Assembly (NCBI RefSeq): GCF_004010195.1 | Contig: NC_057749.1 | Coordinates: 18,135,457 to 18,199,456 of the forward strand | Direction of reading: 5' to 3' | Length of the DNA stretch: 64,000 nt | DNA from: Chiloscyllium plagiosum | Lineage: Eukaryota | Part shown: piece by piece, positions 52,031 through 62,200 of the stretch | How positions within the stretch are numbered: the stretch's first letter is position 1 | Layout of the letters: each line of letters begins with the position of its first letter | The notes under the pieces: model-generated | Databases searched by the model: none | What the model saw: only the letters and a program-made list of their open reading frames with translations | What the model was told of the DNA's origin: nothing | Position numbers and translations under genes: made by a program

Positions 52031-52349
52031 ATTAGATTAGATTAGATTACTTTACAGTGTGGAAACAGGCCCTTCGGCCCAACAAGTCCACACCGCCCCG
52101 CCGAAGCGCAAACCACCCATACCCCTACATTTACCCCTTACCTAACACTATGGGCAATTTAGCATGGCCAATTCACCTGACCTGCACATCTTTGGCCTGT
52201 GGGAGGAAACCGGAGCACCCGGAGGAAACCCACGCAGACACGGGGAGAATGTGCAAACTCCACACAGTCAGTCGCCAGAGGCGGGAATTGAACCCGGATC
52301 TCTAGCGCTGCGAGGCAGCAGTGCTAACCACTGTGCCACCGTGCCGCCC
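52031..52349 (-). mobile_element. HE1/V-SINE-type SINE, full length, inserted in the satellite
   Basis: Minus head GGGCGGCACGGTGGCACAGTGGTTAGC...GGGTTCAATTCCCGCC and (TCTAA)4 tail. Confidence 0.93.
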
Positions 52350-55116
52350 AATGGGGGATCTGAGAGTGCTGCATTAACAGGATGTTATCAGAGAGTTACA
52401 TTAATAGCGGGTTATGAGAGTGTTCATTAGCAGGAGTATATGAGGGTGCTGTATTAATAGAGTGATATGAGAATGTTACATTAACAGGGTGATATGAGAG
52501 TTTTACACTAACAGGGTGATATGAGGATGATGTACTAACAGGGTGATATGAGAGTGCTGTATTAACAGGGGGATATGAGACTGCTGTATTAACATGGTGA
52601 TATGAGGGTATTAACGGGGAATATGAGAGTGCTATATTAGCAGAGTATATGAGAGTGTTCATTAATTGGAGATATGGCAGTGTTGGAGTAACAGGAGGAT
52701 ATGTGAGTGTTACATTAAGAGGGGATATGAGAGTGCTATATTAACAGGGTGATGTGAGAGTGCTGTATTAACAGGGGGATATGAGAGGGTTATATTAACG
52801 GTGGGATAAATGAGTATTGTATTAACAGGGTGATATGAGAGTATTAGATTAACAGAGTGATGTGGAGTGCTGAACCAACTGGGTGATTTGAGAGTGCTGT
52901 ATTAACAGGGTGATATGAGAGTGCTCTACTAACAGAATGATTTGAGGGTGTTACATTAACTGGAAGATATGCGAGTGCTGTACTAACAAGGTGATAAGAG
53001 AGTGTTACATTAACAGGGGGATATGAGGGAGTCATATTAACAGCAGGATATGAGAGTGCTCTATTAGCTGGGTGATATGAGAGTGCTGTATTAACAGGGT
53101 GATATGAGAGTGTTACATTACTGGGGGATGTGAGAGTGCTGTACTAACAGGGTGATATGAGAGTGTTACATTAACAGGGAGATATGAGAGGGCTGTATTA
53201 ACAGCATGATATGAGAGTACAATATTAACAGGTGGTATGGAAGTGCTGTACTAACAGCGTGATAGGAGGGTGCTGTATTAAAATGGAGATATGAGAGTGT
53301 TACATTAACAGGGAATCTAAGAGTGTTGTATTAATGATGGGATGCAAGAGTCTTACATTATCAGGGAGATATGAGAATGCTGTATTAACAGTGGAATATG
53401 GGAGTGTTACATTAACATGGGGATATGGGAGTATTACATTAACATGGGGATATGGGAGTGTTACATTAACATGGGGATATGAGAGTGTTGTATTAACAGA
53501 GGGATATAAGGGAGTCATATTAACAGCAGGATATGAGAGTGCTCTATTAACTGGGTGATATGAGAGTGCTGTATTAACACGGTGATATGAGAGTGTTACA
53601 TTAACAGGGATATATGAGAGTGCTGTATTAACAGGGTGATATTAGAGTGTTACATTAACGGGGATGTGAGAGTGCTGTATTGACAGGGGGATATGAAAGT
53701 GCTGTATTAACAGGGTGATATGAGAGTGCTGTATTAACAGGGTGATATGAGGGTCCTGTATTAAAAGGGGGATATGAGAGTGTTACATTAACAGGGAATC
53801 TAAGAGTGTTGTATTAATGATGGGATGCAAGAGTCTTACATTAATAGGGAAATATGAGAATGCTGTATTAAAAGGGGGATATGAGAGTGTTACATTTACA
53901 TGGGGAAATGGGAGTGTTACATTAACAGGGGGATATGAGAGTGTTCATTAACAGAAGGATACGAGGGTGCTGTATTAACAGGGTGATATGAGAATGTATT
54001 ATTAATGGAGGGATATGAGGGTGTTGTATTCACAGGGGAATATGAGGGTGCTGCATTAACAGCGAGATATGAGAGTGTTGTATTAACAGGGGAATATAAG
54101 GGTGTTGTATTAACAGGGAGACATGAGAGAGCTATATTAACAGGGTGATATGAGAGTGTTGTATTAGCAGGGAAATATGAGAGTGCTGTATTAACAGGGT
54201 ATATGAAAGTGTTCCATTAACTGGGGATATGGCAGTGTTGTATTAATAGGAGGATATGAGAGTTTTACATTCAGAGGGATATGAGAGTGCTGTATTAATA
54301 GAGGAATATGAGAGGCTTATATTAACAGAGGGATATATGAGTATTGTATTAACAGGGTGATATGAGAGTATTAGATTAACAGAGTGATATGGAGTGCTGA
54401 ATTAACAGGGGTATATGAGAGTACTGTATTAATGGGGGTTATGAGAGTGCTGCATTAACAGGGTGATATGAGAGTGCTCTACTAACAGAATGATTTAAGG
54501 GTGTTACACTAACTGGAAGATATGAAAGTGCTGTACTAACAGGGTGATAAGAGAATGTTACATTAACAGCAGGATATGAGAGTGCTGTACTAACAGGGTG
54601 ATAAGAGAGTGTTACACTAACAGCAGGATATGAGAGTGCTATATTAACAGGGGAATATGAGAGTGCTGAATTAACGGGGGATATGAAAGTGCTGTATTAA
54701 AAGGGGGATATGAGAGTGTTAAATTAACAGGGAATCTGAGAGTGTTGTATTAACGAGGGGGTGCAAGAGTCTTACATTAACAGGGGATATGAGAAAGCTC
54801 TATTAACAGGGGGATATGAGAGTGCTGTATTGTCAGGGGGAAATGAGAGTGCTATATTATCAGGGGTATATGAGAGTGCTGTTCTGACGGGGTGATATGA
54901 GAGTGTTATGTTAACAGGGGGATATGATAAGTGCTGTATTAACAGGGGATCTGAGAGTGCTTTGTTAACAGGGTGATATGAGGGTGTTATATTAACAGGA
55001 GGATCTGAGAGTGCTTTGTTAACAGGGTGATATGAGGGTGTTGTATGAACAGGGTGGTATGAGACTGCTGTATTAACAGGGTGATATGAGGGTGTTGTAT
55101 TAACAGGGTGATATGA

Positions 55117-55517
55117 GAATTTTGAGAAGATTTGTAGCTCAGGTTGATGTTCTGAATGTTGGTTTGCTCGCTGTTCATTTCCAGACGTTTTCATCACCCT
55201 ACTAGGTAACATCTTCAGTGGGCCTCCAGGTGAAGCACTGCTGATAATTCCTGCTTTCTATTTGTATGTATGGGTTTCTTTGGGTTGGTGATGTCATTTC
55301 CTGTGCTGATGTCATTTCCTGCTGTTTTCTCTCTCAAGGATGGTAGATGGGGTCTAACGCGATGTGTTTGTTGATAGAGATCTGGTTGGAATACCATGCT
55401 TCTAGGAATTCTCGTGCATGTCTCTGTTTGGCTTGTCCTAGGATGGATGTGTTGCCCTAGTTGAAGTGGTGTTCTTCCTTATGTGTATGTAAGGATACTA
55501 GCGAGAGAGGGTCATGT
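55117..55517 (-). mobile_element. Penelope element 3' fragment from a different family (GIY-YIG C-terminus plus hammerhead)
   Basis: Minus translation SLVSLHTHKEEHHFN*GNTSILGQAKQRHAREFLEAWYSNQISINKH; CCA-CTGAAGA-T-GTTACC-TAGTAG-GGTGAT-GAAAACGTC-TGG at 55181-55221. Confidence 0.82.
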
Positions 55518-55534
55518 ATTAGCAGGGTGATAAC

Positions 55535-57636
55535 AGTGTCCTGTTACTGCCTTATCCCAAACCCTTGATTCCACTATCCTTAAGAGCTCTATCCATCTCT
55601 TTCTTGAAAGTATCCAGAGACTTGGCCTCCACTGCCTTCTGGGGAAGAGCATTCCACACACCCACCACTCTCTGGGTGAAGACGTTTCTCCTCAACTCTG
55701 TTCTAAATGGCCTACCCCTTATTTTTAAACTGTGTCCTCTAGTTCGGGACTCACCCATCAGCGGAAACATGCTTCCTGCTTCCAGAGTGTCCAATCCTTT
55801 AATAATCTTATACGTCTCAATCAGATCCCCTCTCATCCTTCTAAACTCAAGTGTATACAAGCCCAGTCACTCCAATTTTTCAACATATGATAGTCCTGCC
55901 ATTCTGGGAATTGACCTCATGAACCTACGCTGCACTCCCTTAATAGCCAGAATGTCCTTCCTCAAATGTGGAGACCAAAACTACACACAAAAGTCCAGGT
56001 GCGGTCTCACCAGGGCACTGGACAGCTGAAGAAGGACCTCTTTGCTCCTATACTCAATTCCTCTTGTTATGAAGGCCAGCATGCCATAGGCTTTCTTCAC
56101 TGTCTGCTGTACCTGCATGCTTGCTTTCATTGACTGATGTACAAGAACACCCAGATCTCGTTGTCCTTCCCCTTTACCTAACTTGACTCCATTTAAATAG
56201 TAATCTGTCTTCCTGTTCTTGCCACCAAAGTGGATAACCACACATTTATCCACATTAAACTGCTTCTGTCATGCATCTGTCCACTCACCTAGCCTGTCCA
56301 AGTCATCCTGTATTCTCATAACATCCTCCTCACATTCACCCTACCACCCAGCTTTGTGTCATCAGCATATTTGCTAATATTACTTTTAATGCCTTCATCT
56401 ATATCATTAATGTAGTCCCAGCACCGAACCTTGTGGTAACCCACTGGTCACCGCCTGCCATTCCGAAAGGGACCCGTTTATCACTACCCTTTGCTTCCTG
56501 TCAGCCAGCCAATTTTCAATCAAAGTCAATATTTTGCCCCCAGTACCATCTGCCCTAATTTTGCTCTCTAATGTCCCATGCGGGACTCTATCAAAGGCTT
56601 TCTGAAAGTCCAGGTACACTACATCCGCTGGCTCTCCCTTGTCCATCTTCATAGTTACACACTGAAAACATTCCAGAAGATTAGTCAAGCACGATTTCCC
56701 CTTCATAAATCCATGCTGATTCTGACCTCTCCTGTTACTGCTATCCAAATGAGTCATAATTTCATCTTTTATAATTGACTCCAGCATCTTTCCCACTATT
56801 GACGTCAGGTTAACTGGTCTATAATTCCCTGTTTTCTCTCTCCCTCCTTTCTTGAAAAGTGGGACAACATTAGCCACTCTCAATTCCATAGGAACTGATC
56901 CTGAATTTATAGAACATTGGAAAATGATTACCAATGCATCCACAATTTCTAGAGCCACCTCCTTAAGTACCCTGGGATGCAGATCATCAGGTCCCGGGGA
57001 CTTCTCAGCCTTCAGACCTAACAGTCTATCCAACACCATTTCCTGCTTAATATAAACCCTTCAGTTCATCCATTACCCTAGGTGCTTCAGCCACTATTAT
57101 ATCTGGGAGGTTGCTTGTGTCTTCCCCAGTGAAGACAGATCCAAAGGACCTATTCAACTCTTCTGCCATTTCCTTGTTCCCCATAATAAATTCACCCAAT
57201 TCTATCTTCAAGGGCCCGATTTTAGTCTTAACCATTTTTTTTCTTTGCACATACCTAAAAAAGCTTTTACTATCCTCCTCTATATTTTAGGCCAGTTTGC
57301 CTCCGTACCTCAATTTTTCTCCACGTATTGCGTTTTTAGTTATCCTCTGTTACTCTTTAAAAGTTTCCCAGTCCTCTGATTTCCTGCTCACCTCTGCTAT
57401 GTTATACTTCTTCTCTTTTATCTTTATACAGTCCTTAACTTCCCTTGTCAGCCACAGCCACCCCTGACTCCCCTTCGGATCTTTCTTCCTCTTTGGAAAG
57501 GACCATCTGCATTATATCCAGAAATACCTGCCGTTGTTGTTCCACTGCCATCCCTGCTAGGGTATTGTACCATTGAACTTAGGCCTGCTCCTCCCATAGC
57601 TCCATAGTTCCCTTTGTTCAACTGCAATACTGACAC
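55535..57636 (-). mobile_element. CR1 LINE (second subfamily), ~2.1 kb, inserted in the satellite
   Basis: KSPGPDDLHPRVLKE, GNYRPVNLTSIVGKMLE, QHGFMKGKSCLTNL, YLDFQKAFDRVPH, SGLPQGSVLG, NVFTQRVVGVWNALP. Confidence 0.97.
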
Positions 57637-59232
57637 ATATCAGTGTGTTACATTAACTGGGGGGATTTGAGAATGCTGTATTAACAGGGGGATATGAGAG
57701 TGTTACATTAGCGGGGGATATGAGAGTTTTACATTAGCAGGATGATATGAGAATGCTGTACTAACAGGGTGACATGAGAGTGTTACATGAACAGAAGGAT
57801 ATGAGGGAGTTGTATTAACAACAAGATATGAGAGTGCTGTATTAACAGGGTGATATGAGAGTGTTACATTAACAAGGGATAAGAGAGTGCTGTATTATCT
57901 GGTGATATGAGAGTTTTACATTAACAGAGGGATATGAGGGAGTCGTATTAACAAGAGGATATGAGAGTGTTACATTAACAGGGGGATATGAGAGTGCTGA
58001 ATTAACGGGGGATATGAAAGTGCTGTACTAAAAGAGAGATATGAGAGTATTAAATTAACAGGGAATCTGAGAGTGTTGTATTAATGGGGGATGCAAGAGT
58101 CTTACATTAACGGGAGATATGAGAGTGCTGTATTACAGGGTGATATGAGAGTGCTGTATTAACAAGGAGATATCAGAGTGTTTCATTAACAGGCAAATAC
58201 GAGATTGCTGTATTAACAGGGTGATATGCGAGTGTTATATTAACAGGGTCATATCAGAGTTTTACACTATCAGAGTGATATCACAGTGTTGTATTAACAT
58301 GGTGAAATGGGAGTGCTACATTAACAGGATGATGACCCTGTCTTCACAGAGATGTGTGGGCGTTGTACTAACAGGGTGACATGAGAGTACTATAACAGCT
58401 TCCCATGAGGGTATTGTACTTACAGGGTAATATTAACAGTATGATATGAGGGTGCTATACTAACAGCATGATATGAAGGTGTTGTACTAACAGGGTGATA
58501 TGAGCGTGTTGTACTAACAGGGTAATCTGACGGTGTTGTACTAACAGGGTGATATGAAGGTGTTGTACTAACTGGGTGATCTGAGGGTGTTGTACTAACA
58601 GGGTGATATGAAGGTGTTGTACTAACTAGGTAATCTGAGGGTATTGTACTAACAGGGTAATCTGAGGGTGTTGTACTAACTGGGTGATCTGAGGGTGTTG
58701 TACTAACAGGGTGACATGAGGGTGTTGTACTAACAGGGTGACATGAGGGTGTTGTACTAACAGGGTGATATGAAGGTGTTGTAGTAACAGGGTAATCTGA
58801 GGGTGTGTACTAACTGGGTGATCTGAGGGTGTTGTACTAACAGGGTGATCTGAGGGTGTTGTACTAACAGGGTGATATGAGGGTGTTGTACTAACAGGGT
58901 GATCTGAGAGTGTTGTACTAACAGGGTGACATGAGGGTGTTGTACTAACAGGGTGACATGAGGGTGTTGTACTAACAGGGTGACATGAGGGTGTTGTACT
59001 AACAGGGTGACATGAGGGTGTTGTACTAACAGGGTGACATGAGGGTGTTGTACTAACAGGGTGACATGAGGGTGTTGTACTAACAGGGTGACATGAGGGT
59101 GTTGTACTAACAGGGTGACATGAGGGTGTTGTACTAACAGGGTGACATGAGGGTGTTGTACTAACAGGGTGACATGAGGGTGTTGTACTAACAGGGTGAC
59201 ATGAGGGTGTTGTACTAACAGGGTGATATGAG

Positions 59233-62200
59233 GAGTGAGGGTGTTGTGTTAATTTGGAGTGAGGGTGTTGTGTTAATTTGGAGTGAGGGTGTTGTGTTAA
59301 TTTGGAGTGAGGGTGTTGTGTTAATTTGGAGTGAGGGTGTTGTGTTAATTTGGAGTGAGGGTGTTGTGTTAATTTGGAGTGAGGGTGTTGTGTTAATTTG
59401 GAGTGAGGGTGTTGTGTTAATTTGGAGTGAGGGTGTTGTGTTAATTTGGAGTGAGGGTGTTGTGTTAATTTGGAGTGAGGGTGTTGTGTTAATTTGGAGT
59501 GAGGGTGTTGTGTTAATTTGGAGTGAGGGTGTTGTGTTAATTTGGAGTGAGGGTGTTGTGTTAATTTGGAGTGAGGGTGTTGTGTTAATTTGGAGTGAGG
59601 GTGTTGTGTTAATTTGGAGTGAGGGTGTTGTGTTAATTTGGAGTGAGGGTGTTGTGTTAATTTGGAGTGAGGGTGTTGTGTTAATTTGGAGTGAGGGTGT
59701 TGTGTTAATTTGGAGTGAGGGTGTTGTGTTAATTTGGAGTGAGGGTGTTGTGTTAATTTGGAGTGAGGGTGTTGTGTTAATTTGGAGTGAGGGTGTTGTG
59801 TTAATTTGGAGTGAGGGTGTTGTGTTAATTTGGAGTGAGGGTGTTGTGTTAATTTGGAGTGAGGGTGTTGTGTTAATTTGGAGTGAGGGTGTTGTGTTAA
59901 TTTGGAGTGAGGGTGTTGTGTTAATTTGGAGTGAGGGTGTTGTGTTAATTTGGAGTGAGGGTGTTGTGTTAATTTGGAGTGAGGGTGTTGTGTTAATTTG
60001 GAGTGAGGGTGTTGTGTTAATTTGGAGTGAGGGTGTTGTGTTAATTTGGAGTGAGGGTGTTGTGTTAATTTGGAGTGAGGGTGTTGTGTTAATTTGGAGT
60101 GAGGGTGTTGTGTTAATTTGGAGTGAGGGTGTTGTGTTAATTTGGAGTGAGGGTGTTGTGTTAATTTGGAGTGAGGGTGTTGTGTTAATTTGGAGTGAGG
60201 GTGTTGTGTTAATTTGGAGTGAGGGTGTTGTGTTAATTTGGAGTGAGGGTGTTGTGTTAATTTGGAGTGAGGGTGTTGTGTTAATTTGGAGTGAGGGTGT
60301 TGTGTTAATTTGGAGTGAGGGTGTTGTGTTAATTTGGAGTGAGGGTGTTGTGTTAATTTGGAGTGAGGGTGTTGTGTTAATTTGGAGTGAGGGTGTTGTG
60401 TTAATTTGGAGTGAGGGTGTTGTGTTAATTTGGAGTGAGGGTGTTGTGTTAATTTGGAGTGAGGGTGTTGTGTTAATTTGGAGTGAGGGTGTTGTGTTAA
60501 TTTGGAGTGAGGGTGTTGTGTTAATTTGGAGTGAGGGTGTTGTGTTAATTTGGAGTGAGGGTGTTGTGTTAATTTGGAGTGAGGGTGTTGTGTTAATTTG
60601 GAGTGAGGGTGTTGTGTTAATTTGGAGTGAGGGTGTTGTGTTAATTTGGAGTGAGGGTGTTGTGTTAATTTGGAGTGAGGGTGTTGTGTTAATTTGGAGT
60701 GAGGGTGTTGTGTTAATTTGGAGTGAGGGTGTTGTGTTAATTTGGAGTGAGGGTGTTGTGTTAATTTGGAGTGAGGGTGTTGTGTTAATTTGGAGTGAGG
60801 GTGTTGTGTTAATTTGGAGTGAGGGTGTTGTGTTAATTTGGAGTGAGGGTGTTGTGTTAATTTGGAGTGAGGGTGTTGTGTTAATTTGGAGTGAGGGTGT
60901 TGTGTTAATTTGGAGTGAGGGTGTTGTGTTAATTTGGAGTGAGGGTGTTGTGTTAATTTGGAGTGAGGGTGTTGTGTTAATTTGGAGTGAGGGTGTTGTG
61001 TTAATTTGGAGTGAGGGTGTTGTGTTAATTTGGAGTGAGGGTGTTGTGTTAATTTGGAGTGAGGGTGTTGTGTTAATTTGGAGTGAGGGTGTTGTGTTAA
61101 TTTGGAGTGAGGGTGTTGTGTTAATTTGGAGTGAGGGTGTTGTGTTAATTTGGAGTGAGGGTGTTGTGTTAATTTGGAGTGAGGGTGTTGTGTTAATTTG
61201 GAGTGAGGGTGTTGTGTTAATTTGGAGTGAGGGTGTTGTGTTAATTTGGAGTGAGGGTGTTGTGTTAATTTGGAGTGAGGGTGTTGTGTTAATTTGGAGT
61301 GAGGGTGTTGTGTTAATTTGGAGTGAGGGTGTTGTGTTAATTTGGAGTGAGGGTGTTGTGTTAATTTGGAGTGAGGGTGTTGTGTTAATTTGGAGTGAGG
61401 GTGTTGTGTTAATTTGGAGTGAGGGTGTTGTGTTAATTTGGAGTGAGGGTGTTGTGTTAATTTGGAGTGAGGGTGTTGTGTTAATTTGGAGTGAGGGTGT
61501 TGTGTTAATTTGGAGTGAGGGTGTTGTGTTAATTTGGAGTGAGGGTGTTGTGTTAATTTGGAGTGAGGGTGTTGTGTTAATTTGGAGTGAGGGTGTTGTG
61601 TTAATTTGGAGTGAGGGTGTTGTGTTAATTTGGAGTGAGGGTGTTGTGTTAATTTGGAGTGAGGGTGTTGTGTTAATTTGGAGTGAGGGTGTTGTGTTAA
61701 TTTGGAGTGAGGGTGTTGTGTTAATTTGGAGTGAGGGTGTTGTGTTAATTTGGAGTGAGGGTGTTGTGTTAATTTGGAGTGAGGGTGTTGTGTTAATTTG
61801 GAGTGAGGGTGTTGTGTTAATTTGGAGTGAGGGTGTTGTGTTAATTTGGAGTGAGGGTGTTGTGTTAATTTGGAGTGAGGGTGTTGTGTTAATTTGGAGT
61901 GAGGGTGTTGTGTTAATTTGGAGTGAGGGTGTTGTGTTAATTTGGAGTGAGGGTGTTGTGTTAATTTGGAGTGAGGGTGTTGTGTTAATTTGGAGTGAGG
62001 GTGTTGTGTTAATTTGGAGTGAGGGTGTTGTGTTAATTTGGAGTGAGGGTGTTGTGTTAATTTGGAGTGAGGGTGTTGTGTTAATTTGGAGTGAGGGTGT
62101 TGTGTTAATTTGGAGTGAGGGTGTTGTGTTAATTTGGAGTGAGGGTGTTGTGTTAATTTGGAGTGAGGGTGTTGTGTTAATTTGGAGTGAGGGTGTTGTG

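Larger units (their letters stand above)
45870..59232. repeat. Degenerate ~27-bp satellite (GATATGAGAGTG[C/T]TGTATTAACAGGG[G/T]) with TE insertions
   Basis: ATTAACAGGG...GATATGAGAGTG periodicity over 13 kb; becomes homogeneous TGACATGAGGGTGTTGTACTAACAGGG near 58925-59225. Confidence 0.97.

Noticed and set aside
47001..55212. SYPPVN/LLIQHSH repeat ORFs
   Set aside because: Minus-strand read-through of the 27-bp satellite
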